From: Candidatus Scatosoma sp.
GTDB lineage: Bacteria > Bacillota > Clostridia > Christensenellales > Borkfalkiaceae
DNA: 51,739 nt
Direction of reading: 5' to 3'
Assembly: GCA_045534315.1 (NCBI GenBank)
Contig: JAZSJN010000179.1
Location: 1 to 51,739, forward strand
Shown: piece by piece, positions 1 through 7,958 of the stretch
Layout of the letters: each line of letters begins with the position of its first letter
Numbering within the stretch: position 1 is the stretch's first letter
The notes under the pieces: model-generated
Seen by the model: only the letters and a program-made list of their open reading frames with translations
Told to the model about the DNA's origin: nothing
Databases searched by the model: none
Translations under genes and position numbers: made by a program

Positions 1-99
1 ATGCCCGCGTGCCTGTTGAACAGAGAGAACAAGGATTTGTCGGTATATCCGAAAGGGGATTTCGACGACCTGCTTGCCTTTGTGGACGGGTTAGAATAA
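1..99 (+). CDS. 3' end of an upstream gene (partial, runs off the window start); product unknown
   Basis: Frame +1 is open from nt 1 to TAA at 97-99 (...NKDLSVYPKGDFDDLLAFVDGLE*). A strong hairpin terminator follows 15 nt later. Too short to name. Confidence 0.3.
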   Translation: MPACLLNRENKDLSVYPKGDFDDLLAFVDGLE

Positions 100-114
100 A
101 TAAGGGAATACACA

Positions 115-147
115 AAAACGGCGACCGATTTGTTCGGCCGCCGTTTT
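115..147. terminator. bidirectional intrinsic terminator between convergent genes
   Basis: AAAACGGCGACCG / atttgtt / CGGCCGCCGTTTT forms a GC-rich stem (one mismatch) flanked by an A-run and a T-run. It can therefore serve both the partial + gene and the minus-strand operon ending at 165. Confidence 0.6.
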
Positions 148-164
148 CGTATGCAAAAATTCGG

Positions 165-2105
165 TTATACGTAAGGACAAATATCTTGCAACTCGTACAA
201 AAGGGCAAGGGGGATCATGCCCATCGTCCAGCCCGCCATAATGCAGTAGCTGCTCCATAAAACGTCCGCGTCCAACCCGTAGTATTCTTCTTCCGTGATA
301 CTGTACGAGCGCATCCAACCGCCGTTGAACCGTTTGTCGTCGTCTACAATTTGGATTTTTACTACGTAATCGAGCAGCTTGCGGAATACTTGCAAGCCCT
401 TTTCCTTTTGAATTTTGCCGTCGTCGGGCAAGTTTTTCAACAGCGACAACGCCACCAAAATATTGTTCACGCAATACAGCTGATCGGAAATTTTATCGGG
501 ATCCCAAGGGGTGGTGATACCGCATTCCGTATCCTTGTTCGTGCGTTTTGCAAAGGACAAATTGTCTTCCGAATAGATACCGCCGCAAGGCAGACTGATA
601 TTTGCAAGATAGTCGATCAATTCGTTGATGAGCGCCGAATAATCCCCTTCGCCCGCGATTTGTACGGGCAAAAGCACCATCAAAAGGCGCGCCATGCGCG
701 AACTTGTCGTGTGACCGTAATAGGTGTAATTGGGATAAGCGTTTGCCAAAGTGTCGGCAAGGGTTTTGGCTTTGCGTACGTATTTTTTATCCCCTAAAAT
801 TTTGGACGCCATCTGCATAAAAATACCCAATTCGCCGCACGTAGCGGGGGTAAGACTGCTGTCGGGGATATGTTCTTTCGTGCCGTTGATCCCGTAGGAT
901 ATATGGATACTGATCAATCTACCGCCGTCAATCCAACCGTCGATCGCGTTTGCGAGCCGTTTGATTGCGTTCAAAATTCGCTTTTCGCCCGTCAGAGCGT
1001 ACATATTGCAAAGGGCGATACCGTCCCGCCCTAAATCGATACTGTACACTTCGTTGGGGGTAGTGTATTTGTTGTAATACCAATCGAACATACCGTCGAT
1101 AATACCTTCCGAGAGTTGCGCGTGTTCTAAGAAATAATCGAAGATGTTTTTTCCGCTAAGCATCCAATCTTCGTTGCCGAAATACTTGCCCGCGGCATAC
1201 AGCAGCCAACCCGTGTAAAAACCTGCGTCTACACGGCGGTTGTTGTACAGTTTTTGTCCGTTGTTGGACGTGATCATCTCAACCGAACCGCTTTCCCCGT
1301 GCGCGCCGAGTACGATCCCGCTGTCAAAATGCCATTGAACCGCGTCTTTTACCGCCCGTTCGCGCAACGCTTTTCTATCCCCTTCGGGCAGAGTTGCGTG
1401 GACGGAAAATCGGGTCTGCAAGGGTGGATAGCACGCTGCAAACGCTTTTTCGACTTCGTCGGTGGTCACGCCGAGAATAAACGAGAAAATATAGGCGAAC
1501 AGTTTTTTAAAACGCGCGTTCGGGCGCATATTCACGCAGTCGAAATTCGTCAAAGAGAACAGCGAGCTGATGATACTACCGGTGCGAAGGAGCATAGGGT
1601 AGGTTTGGCCCACTTCCGTCTTTTCGGGGTGCGTCGTCCCCACGTAATAGCCAAGCGAAAGTAAAATGGCTTTTACGCTCGGTTTATGATCGCGGAAGGA
1701 CACGCGCGCGGGCAAAAATTTAACGTTTGCCGCTTGTAAAATTTCCGCGCCGTCCAAATGGTCTTGCAATCCGTTTTGCGCCAACATCGTTTCGTTTTGG
1801 GTATGGCAGATACCGCCCAAAGTTTCGTAACCGAAAACGGACGTGTTGTAAAAATTGTTTCCGTAATAATTTTCGGCGTAAACACGAAATTCTTCGGGCT
1901 TTCTCTTGGCTAAAATTTCCAAGGCGTCCAAGGAAAGTTCGTTTAAGTAATCTTTGCCGTTTTCGTAATCGGGTAAAAAGATCATGCCGTCAAAACTGCG
2001 GTCGGCAACGGCGTTATCGACCGTCGTTTCCAAAACGTTTTCGGTGATTAAGGATAAAAATCGGCGAAATTTCTTCGTTCCGCCTATCAAGGCTATTTTA
2101 TGCAT
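165..2105 (-). CDS. hypothetical protein, possibly a six-hairpin (alpha/alpha)6-type glycan-active enzyme
   Basis: 646-aa ORF with RBS CAGGAGAACGT directly upstream of the ATG. It starts 13 nt after the nanE-murQ fusion stop, so it is in the same operon. The C-terminal ~400 aa show repeated helix-hairpin segments with conserved G/W (GGIYSED, NGGWMRSY, AGWTMG). I recognise no family with certainty. Confidence 0.55.
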   Translation of the reverse strand: MHKIALIGGTKKFRRFLSLITENVLETTVDNAVADRSFDGMIFLPDYENGKDYLNELSLDALEILAKRKPEEFRVYAENYYGNNFYNTSVFGYETLGGICHTQNETMLAQNGLQDHLDGAEILQAANVKFLPARVSFRDHKPSVKAILLSLGYYVGTTHPEKTEVGQTYPMLLRTGSIISSLFSLTNFDCVNMRPNARFKKLFAYIFSFILGVTTDEVEKAFAACYPPLQTRFSVHATLPEGDRKALRERAVKDAVQWHFDSGIVLGAHGESGSVEMITSNNGQKLYNNRRVDAGFYTGWLLYAAGKYFGNEDWMLSGKNIFDYFLEHAQLSEGIIDGMFDWYYNKYTTPNEVYSIDLGRDGIALCNMYALTGEKRILNAIKRLANAIDGWIDGGRLISIHISYGINGTKEHIPDSSLTPATCGELGIFMQMASKILGDKKYVRKAKTLADTLANAYPNYTYYGHTTSSRMARLLMVLLPVQIAGEGDYSALINELIDYLANISLPCGGIYSEDNLSFAKRTNKDTECGITTPWDPDKISDQLYCVNNILVALSLLKNLPDDGKIQKEKGLQVFRKLLDYVVKIQIVDDDKRFNGGWMRSYSITEEEYYGLDADVLWSSYCIMAGWTMGMIPLALLYELQDICPYV

Positions 2106-2118
2106 ACGTTCTCCTGTT

Positions 2119-3624
2119 TTACGCGTTCAAAGAGGCGCGGATCGACCAACCGTTTTTTTCTAAAATTTCTCTACATTCCGCTTCGTCTTTCCCCGTCAAG
2201 ATCGCCAGCATGGAAACTGCGCGTTTTTTTAATTTGATATTGTTGGGGTTGATGTTTACCATAAGATTGCTGATTACGCAGCCGCTCTTTACAAAGAGCG
2301 CCGTCGAAATCATATTAAGCGCCATTTTTTGCGCTGTTCCCGCTTTCATGCGCGTCGAGCCTTTTACGACTTCCGCGCCCGTTAAAATCTCTATCGCGTA
2401 ATCCGCATTTGCCGCCATTTTCGTATGTAAATTATTGGTGAGCGCAACCGTTTTTGCCCCGCAATTTTTTGCGTGCGCCATAAAACCAAGACAGAATTGC
2501 GCGTTACCGTTTGCGGAAACGCCGATCACCGTATCTTTTGCCGTTATCGCCAAGGTTTTTGCCGCAAGAATACCGTCTTCATAGCTATCTTCCATGTTTT
2601 CCGATGGCGTGAAAACGGCGTCTTTACCGCCTGCCATCGTTGCAACGACGCGATCTTTGGGTACGCCGTAGGTAGGGGAACATTCCGCTGCGTCGGCAAC
2701 CGAAAGACGACCGCTTGTTCCCGCGCCACAGTATAACAATTTGCCGCCGTTTGCAAAGTTGTCGTAAATGCCGTCTATCATGTTTGCGATTGCGGGTAAA
2801 GCCATTTTAACTTTGGCGGCAACCGTACCGTCTTCGCGGTTGATTTTCTTTAAAATATCATAGGTGGAAAGGGTGTCGATATCTTTCGTGCCTTCGTTTC
2901 TATCTTCCGTCTTTGCCGCCTGTTCACGATTTTCGATGCCCGTTTTTACCGCTTTACAGAAATATTCGGTGATTGCCATCGGGTTGGTGATTGCCTTACC
3001 GATAACGATGCCGTAACAACCCATTTGCATCGCTTGAATAAGGTCGCTCGGCGCCCAAAACCGCCCTTCTGCAATAACGGGGATTTCGATGCCGCTGTTT
3101 AAAATCTTTTCAATAACTTCAAAATCGGGCAGATATTTCTCTTCCGGCGCGTACGGTTTGTCTTTCGTATATCCCGCAAGTGTCGTCGATACGTAGTCCG
3201 CGCCTACCTGTTCGGCATAAACCGCTTCTTCTACCGTGCTTATATCCGCTAGTACGGGCAAGTGCAATTCATTGTGGATACGCTCGATCAACGTCTTGAC
3301 GTCTTCTTTGATTTCGCTCTTTCTAAACGTAGCGTCCAAGGCGATAATATCCGAGCCCGCTTTCGCAATCTCTTTCGCGCTTTCAAAGTTGGGCGTAATG
3401 ATCGTCGTGCCCGATTGGTCTTGGAATTTATTCAAACCGATCACGGGTACGGTTACTCTCTTTTTCATGGCGACGATATTGTCATAGCCGTTTGCGCGAA
3501 TGGCAACCGCGCCGCCCTTTTCCGCTGCCTGTGCCATCACCGACAAATAATCGGGGTGTTTTAAAGGATTGCCGTCCAACGCTTGGCTCGATACGATCAA
3601 ACCTTTTTTTAATAACAGTTCCAT
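2119..3624 (-). CDS. fusion protein: N-acetylmannosamine-6-phosphate 2-epimerase (NanE-like, aa 1-~230) + N-acetylmuramic acid-6-phosphate etherase (MurQ-like SIS domain, aa ~240-501)
   Basis: The N-terminal half has NanE hallmarks (LIVSSQAL..NPL, GGAVAIRANG, VPVIGLNK, IIALDAT, VLADIST.EEA, GADYVSTTLAGYT, PVIAEGR, VIGKAITNP). The C-terminal half has MurQ hallmarks (TEDRN..T.DID, GGKLLYCGAGTSGRL, ADAAECSPTYGV, GSTRMKAGTAQK, NLMVN..P.N.KL..RA). Confidence 0.8.
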   Translation of the reverse strand: MELLLKKGLIVSSQALDGNPLKHPDYLSVMAQAAEKGGAVAIRANGYDNIVAMKKRVTVPVIGLNKFQDQSGTTIITPNFESAKEIAKAGSDIIALDATFRKSEIKEDVKTLIERIHNELHLPVLADISTVEEAVYAEQVGADYVSTTLAGYTKDKPYAPEEKYLPDFEVIEKILNSGIEIPVIAEGRFWAPSDLIQAMQMGCYGIVIGKAITNPMAITEYFCKAVKTGIENREQAAKTEDRNEGTKDIDTLSTYDILKKINREDGTVAAKVKMALPAIANMIDGIYDNFANGGKLLYCGAGTSGRLSVADAAECSPTYGVPKDRVVATMAGGKDAVFTPSENMEDSYEDGILAAKTLAITAKDTVIGVSANGNAQFCLGFMAHAKNCGAKTVALTNNLHTKMAANADYAIEILTGAEVVKGSTRMKAGTAQKMALNMISTALFVKSGCVISNLMVNINPNNIKLKKRAVSMLAILTGKDEAECREILEKNGWSIRASLNA

Positions 3625-3628
3625 TGTT

Positions 3629-4531
3629 TTATAGCTCCTTTACGATTTCTTGTAATGCTTTGTCGATTCCGTCGTTGATACAAATTACGCGCGCCGTTTT
3701 CCCGCTCGTTTTTAGCGTGGCGTCAAACGCGTCTTGCCATAACGGATAAAAGTTGGTTACGCCGCCGTTGATAACGACGGACGGGGCGTGGATTTCACTT
3801 GCCGATACCGCTCGCAAGAGTAAATCGGCGAGATATTCGCCCATTTCATTTAACACCTGTTGCGCTAAGGGGCAACCTTGCTTTGCGCAGGCAACGACGG
3901 TTTTGGTTAGAGCCGCAATGCCTTCGCGAGTCTTTGGGATTTTATCCCGCGCGGCGTCGCGCGCTGCGGCATAGTCGCTGATATTATGGAAATGAAAGGG
4001 GACGTCCACGCCAAACAGCGTTTTTGTGAGCAGCGAAGTTTCTCGTTTTCCACTATCCAAATCTTTTAAGCCGTAACGCACGGCTTTGATCCCTACCGAA
4101 TACCCCGATCCGTCGTCGCCGTAATCTTTCCCCCAACCGCCGAGCACCCGACTGCCCCGTTCCGTTTGCGTGAATACGATACAACCCGTACCCGCCATAA
4201 TCAAAACGTTTGCGTTATACGTTTGCATAATACGACGGGCGAGAACTCCTTCCGATTCTCTATGCGCAAAGACGCGCGTGTTGGGGAAAAGGGCAGATAC
4301 GGTGTAAACGATTTGCCGTTTGTTTTTGCCGCCCAAATTAACGGCAACGGCAGTGATCTGTCCGCATGCGTTTCCAAGCTTTTCTTTTAAAGCGTCAAAA
4401 AGTTCTGTTTCGATGGCATCCGAGTCTTCGGCTTTTCCAAATCCGCCGCAAATCTCAAATTTTTCAATCGTATCTTCTGCGTATAAAAATGCCCGCGTTT
4501 TACTGCCGCCGATATCTAACGTCAATTTCAT
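3629..4531 (-). CDS. BadF/BadG/BcrA/BcrD-type ATPase family sugar kinase (GlcNAc/MurNAc-kinase-like)
   Basis: The N-terminal phosphate-1 motif LTLDIGGSKTR, GTG (MAGTGCIV) and GGWG..(Y)GDDGSGY are typical of the BadF-type N-acetylglucosamine kinase family. First gene of the minus-strand operon; 4-nt gap to the fusion gene. Confidence 0.75.
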   Translation of the reverse strand: MKLTLDIGGSKTRAFLYAEDTIEKFEICGGFGKAEDSDAIETELFDALKEKLGNACGQITAVAVNLGGKNKRQIVYTVSALFPNTRVFAHRESEGVLARRIMQTYNANVLIMAGTGCIVFTQTERGSRVLGGWGKDYGDDGSGYSVGIKAVRYGLKDLDSGKRETSLLTKTLFGVDVPFHFHNISDYAAARDAARDKIPKTREGIAALTKTVVACAKQGCPLAQQVLNEMGEYLADLLLRAVSASEIHAPSVVINGGVTNFYPLWQDAFDATLKTSGKTARVICINDGIDKALQEIVKEL

Positions 4532-4628
4532 ATAATAAAAAATCTTCCTTTCGTGTTACAATGGTCGTTTGACTTAATCAAAGTATACCATTTCAGAGAA
4601 TACGAAAGAAAGATATTATTCAAGTAAA

Positions 4629-4642
4629 AATAAGGTAATTTT
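4629..4642 (-). promoter_or_regulatory. 14-bp motif AAAATTACCTTATT (minus-strand sense), copy 1, upstream of the kinase/nanE-murQ operon
   Basis: Exact 14/14 match to 5487-5500. On the minus strand it is followed 5 nt later by TTGAAT, the same spacing to a -35-like hexamer as copy 2. It lies in the 123-bp gap between the AraC stop codon and the kinase start codon. Confidence 0.5.
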
Positions 4643-4654
4643 CTCTAAATGCGG

Positions 4655-5422
4655 TTAGAAACCGAGAATTTGTCCGTCACCGTTTTTACGGATTTGCGAC
4701 GGGGTTTTCTTATAGATACTATACAATTTTTTTCGAAAATACGACGACGAGCTAAAAGCGCAAAGATCGCTGATTTCTTCGATCGGGATATCGGTAGAAA
4801 TCAGATAATTGACGGCGCGTTCCAGCTTGACGTGCAGCTTAAAATGGGCAGGGGTGATATGCGCCCGCTCGTTAAAGAGCGCGTAAAGCCCCGATTCGCT
4901 GATATGACAATGGATAGCCACTTCGCTTATTTTACAATCGGGTTTGCGTATGATAAAATTCATGGCGCGCTCTAATAAGTTTTGTTTTCCGTCGTTGGCG
5001 GCAGGAGTTAAAAGTTTATAAAGCTCGTGCAAAAAAAGGTAAAAATATCCAATACTTTCACAGTTTACATCGTCGATCGCGCTCACTTTTGCGATAAGAT
5101 CTAACATGTACGGCGAGCAGGAAACTTTTTGGATTCGGTAGGAGTTATCGCCGCCTTTCGGGGAATTAAGGTAAGCATAAGAGCCGAATAAAATGTTCGG
5201 TTCGCCGAAAAGTTTCACCGAATATTTTGATCCGCGGGGGATATGCAAAACGTCGCCTTCGTTTAAAACGATCGTTTTATTTTCGGTGATAATATGCGCG
5301 ACGCCCTTTTGTAGATACATGATAAAATTGTATCTTGTCGGCAGGGGAAAGGACGATTCGTGATAGGTGTCGTATCGGACTTCGTGAAAGGAAAAATGGT
5401 TGAGATAGGTTAAATCGTGCAT
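4655..5422 (-). CDS. AraC-family transcriptional regulator (cupin sensor + HTH)
   Basis: C-terminal AraC HTH (ISEVAIHCHISESGLYALF ... ISDLCAFSSSSYFRKKLYSIYKKTPSQIRK) and an N-terminal cupin-like region (GDVLHIPRGSKY). I place the start at the internal ATG at 5422 (MHDLTYL) because GGAGAAAAGC precedes it and a TTGAAA-17-TATAAT promoter lies inside the longer ORF-track version (to 5593). Confidence 0.8.
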   Translation of the reverse strand: MHDLTYLNHFSFHEVRYDTYHESSFPLPTRYNFIMYLQKGVAHIITENKTIVLNEGDVLHIPRGSKYSVKLFGEPNILFGSYAYLNSPKGGDNSYRIQKVSCSPYMLDLIAKVSAIDDVNCESIGYFYLFLHELYKLLTPAANDGKQNLLERAMNFIIRKPDCKISEVAIHCHISESGLYALFNERAHITPAHFKLHVKLERAVNYLISTDIPIEEISDLCAFSSSSYFRKKLYSIYKKTPSQIRKNGDGQILGF

Positions 5423-5452
5423 GCTTTTCTCCGCGTGGGTAGATTTAAATTT

Positions 5453-5481
5453 ATTATAACACAAGTGAAAAGGTTTTTCAA
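5453..5481 (-). promoter_or_regulatory. sigma-70/SigA-type promoter of the AraC gene
   Basis: Minus strand: TTGAAA (5481-5476), a 17-nt spacer, then TATAAT (5458-5453) preceded by TGT (extended -10). Confidence 0.55.
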
Positions 5482-5486
5482 GGGGG

Positions 5487-5500
5487 AATAAGGTAATTTT
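5487..5500 (-). promoter_or_regulatory. 14-bp motif AAAATTACCTTATT, copy 2, 5 nt upstream of the AraC -35
   Basis: Exact repeat of 4629-4642, in the position of an activator or autoregulatory site. Confidence 0.5.
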
Positions 5501-5670
5501 TTGCAGAGAAGAGAATTTTGACAAAGCCAAAGCGTCGCGCCCCGCTCGGCAATTATCAATTGCCGACTTTGCCGAAGATATTCGCATAATCATAGTGCGT
5601 AAGGCAAAGCGTTTTGCTCCCGCAAAACGGCTCCCACCCTCGAATCCTCTTCAACGTTCTAAGTCAAACA

Positions 5671-5705
5671 AAAAAGAGATATGCCCAAGGACATATCTCT
5701 TTTTT
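5671..5705. terminator. intrinsic terminator downstream of tRNA-Ser (symmetrical, bidirectional)
   Basis: AAAAAGAGATATG / cccaagga / CATATCTCTTTTT: a 13-bp perfect stem with A/T runs on both sides. Confidence 0.7.
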
Positions 5706-5706
5706 G

Positions 5707-5797
5707 TGGCGCAGAGAAGAGGATTCGAACCTCCGGTACGTTTCAGGCGCACACACGATTTCCAATCGTGCTCCTTAAACCACTCAGACATCTCTGC
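5707..5797 (-). tRNA. tRNA-Ser (anticodon GGA), class II with long variable arm, CCA encoded
   Basis: The reverse complement reads GCAGAGA-TG-TCTGAGTGGTTTAAGGAGC-A-CGA TTGGAAA TCG...GGAGGTTCGAATCCTCT-TCTCTGC-G-CCA. The acceptor stem is GCAGAGA/TCTCTGC, the T-loop is GGTTCGAATCC, and the anticodon loop TTGGAAA gives GGA. Confidence 0.9.
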
Positions 5798-5827
5798 GTA
5801 TAGTGCGCTTTCGTCAAGCGCCTATTT

Positions 5828-5856
5828 ATATTACTGTATTTTTTGAAAAAATGCAA
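5828..5856 (-). promoter_or_regulatory. putative promoter of tRNA-Ser
   Basis: Minus strand: TTGCAT, a 17-nt spacer, then TAATAT, ending about 30 nt upstream of the tRNA 5' end. Confidence 0.4.
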
Positions 5857-5902
5857 GCGTTTTTGATTGACTTTATAAAAAATCTTCAAAAATCTTGCTT
5901 TT

Positions 5903-7651
5903 TTATCTCTCGGATTTATAGCAAGTACAAAGCGCGCCGTTTTTCGTGTACCCCGTGTCACCGCACTTTTTGCACGTCGCTTGGGGGATAAGGTCGCTTT
6001 CTTTAATACCAAGTTCGTCTAAAATTGTCTTGCGCTCGGTTAAAAGTCCGCTCTTTTGTTCTTCTAAAACGGGCAGTTTTTGCGGCTCGAATACTTCCGC
6101 TTTTGCTAAGGAAAGTTCCATTTTCGAAAGCTCGACGTTGATCGCTTTAAACCGCGCGTTGGTGTTTGCTTTCGCCAAATATTTATCTGCGCGCGATTGC
6201 GCTTTTTCGCGCAACAACGCATAGTACCGTTCGCGGTCGGACTTGGCGTTGACTGCCTCGATCGCAGGGTTGACAAACCCCGATTTTGCGCTTGAACGCG
6301 TACCTGCCCCCCTCGTTTCGCCTAAAACGCCGCTGGGAATCTCCTGCATAGAAAAGATTCCGTTCTGTTTCCAATCGGACAAAATTTTGTTCATGTAGGG
6401 GATAGGGCTGGAAGATGAACAGCTCCGTTTTGCTGCTTCCAAAATCATCTCGTCGTTAAAATTCCATGCCCGCCACGTCGCGATCAAGGCAAGGTTGCTT
6501 TCGCTTTTTCTGATTCCGCCGCAAACGGATTGAATCTTGGCAAATAGTTTCAATTCGTCGTTTTTGGTTTTTAAGAACGCTTTCACGCCGTCAACGCTTA
6601 CCATGCCGTCCTTGAAAAGAGATTTTACGACACCGTTCATACCGTCAAAATCGTTGCGCCCGATCTTCAAACAAAGGAGCGCAATATCCAAAAGCGAGCT
6701 TTCTTCAAAACCGTAATTATACCATTTTTCGACGTATTCGTCGATATACGGTGTGGGGTTCTGCACCTTTACGCCCAGTTTCCTGCTGACGCGGAAGGTC
6801 AAATTTACCAACTTTTCGCGATCGGTGAGATACTCGTCGATTGCTTGCGCGTCCAATTTTCCCTTTTGCGCCAATTCTTCCAACGTAATATCGAGCGAGT
6901 TCATATTGCCGCGTTTGAGTTTTTTTGCAGCCGCCAAAATACTCTCTTGTGAAAAACCGAGTTTTTCCGTCCACTTTGCGTACAGCGTGTAATCGCTTTC
7001 GTCGGGGGTGCGTTGAAAGATGGACAAAGCCCCCATGATCGCGTTCACATCCCGCTCGTGTGCGTTATAATTGGACAATTCTTTTTCTACCTGCTCGTAG
7101 GTCGTCAAGCCGTTGCGGATCAGCTTTTTGGCTTTGTTAAAAATATAAGCGGGAGTGACGCCTTCGCCCTGCTTGTTGATGCAATACTCGGTTACGAGCA
7201 AAAAGGCGTGGGGTTGCATGGAGTTCTCGTCCAAAAAGCGCATGTATTTGATATATTCGTTTGCTGAGATAAATTTGCCAACCCGCTGCATTTTGCGTTG
7301 CAATTCTTTGTTGAAATCGGCGTATTGTTCATAGTGGATTTTCTTGGGCTTGCCAACCGCCGCTTTGACAGGCAGGTATTGCACGGTAAAGGGATCTTGC
7401 GCCAAAATTTCCACCAAATCGTAATCTTCCCAAAAGGCAAAGGCTTGTTTTACTTGTTCTTCGCTGATTTTCAATACTTCCGCCATAGAGCGCACGCTAA
7501 AATCCGCGTCGGTATTTTGACAGAGAAAAAGCCCGTAAAGGTAGACCTTTACGGCAAGTCCGTCCGCTTCGGGCAAGTACTTGGTGATGAACTTGTTTTC
7601 GATCAGCGTATAGGTGTTGTCAACGTCTTTGGAAAAAGAGCAAAAAGCCAT
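5903..7651 (-). CDS. DnaD-domain replication initiation / membrane attachment protein (Firmicutes DnaB/DnaD type) with C-terminal coiled-coil and Cys-rich tail
   Basis: 582 aa. The N-terminus (FITKYLP.A.G.AVKVYLYGLF) and two internal repeats (...W..LGF...I...A......N...LD..L..L...G / ...W...NF....I.EA.......SP..YMNKIL..W) match DnaD/DnaB_2 architecture. The C-terminus ends in CKKCGDTGYTKNGALCTCY. RBS GGAGTGG. Confidence 0.7.
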   Translation of the reverse strand: MAFCSFSKDVDNTYTLIENKFITKYLPEADGLAVKVYLYGLFLCQNTDADFSVRSMAEVLKISEEQVKQAFAFWEDYDLVEILAQDPFTVQYLPVKAAVGKPKKIHYEQYADFNKELQRKMQRVGKFISANEYIKYMRFLDENSMQPHAFLLVTEYCINKQGEGVTPAYIFNKAKKLIRNGLTTYEQVEKELSNYNAHERDVNAIMGALSIFQRTPDESDYTLYAKWTEKLGFSQESILAAAKKLKRGNMNSLDITLEELAQKGKLDAQAIDEYLTDREKLVNLTFRVSRKLGVKVQNPTPYIDEYVEKWYNYGFEESSLLDIALLCLKIGRNDFDGMNGVVKSLFKDGMVSVDGVKAFLKTKNDELKLFAKIQSVCGGIRKSESNLALIATWRAWNFNDEMILEAAKRSCSSSSPIPYMNKILSDWKQNGIFSMQEIPSGVLGETRGAGTRSSAKSGFVNPAIEAVNAKSDRERYYALLREKAQSRADKYLAKANTNARFKAINVELSKMELSLAKAEVFEPQKLPVLEEQKSGLLTERKTILDELGIKESDLIPQATCKKCGDTGYTKNGALCTCYKSER

Positions 7652-7763
7652 ATTGCCACTCCGATTGTAAGATTTCTGTGACGGCTACGCCGTCAAAACC
7701 CGTTCTTTTGTGAGTTCCTATGTGTAAATTAGGAAAAAATTTGCGCTTTCCGCGAAAGTTTTC

Positions 7764-7798
7764 TTGATTTCTTGGAATAAATAGTGTATAATACACTA
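7764..7798 (+). promoter_or_regulatory. putative sbcDC promoter with a 17-bp perfect palindrome centred on the -10
   Basis: TTGATT (7764-7769), a 17-nt spacer, then TATAAT (7787-7792) preceded by TG. TAGTGTAT-A-ATACACTA (7782-7798) is a perfect inverted repeat overlapping the -10. Confidence 0.45.
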
Positions 7799-7958
7799 GT
7801 ATAGGTTTCGTCGCATGAAAGGCGAGAGTAGATCTATTATACAGTTTTTCAAACACAAAAGCAAGGTGTTTTGAATTGTTTTTTGCAAAAATTTTAAAAA
7901 AGCTTCGTGGGGTTTTGTTTCCGCACGATAGAGATCGCAAACGATAGGAGGTCGGGCG

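Noticed and set aside
4655-5593. The longer N-terminal extensions given by the ORF track: 4655-5593, 36179-37105, 25786-26871, 41125-41988, 41892-42902, 44464-46347 and 47395-48555.
   Set aside because: In each case an internal ATG is preceded by a good GGAG-type RBS at proper spacing. The extension overlaps a promoter, a terminator or the upstream gene, and adds residues foreign to the recognised family N-terminus.
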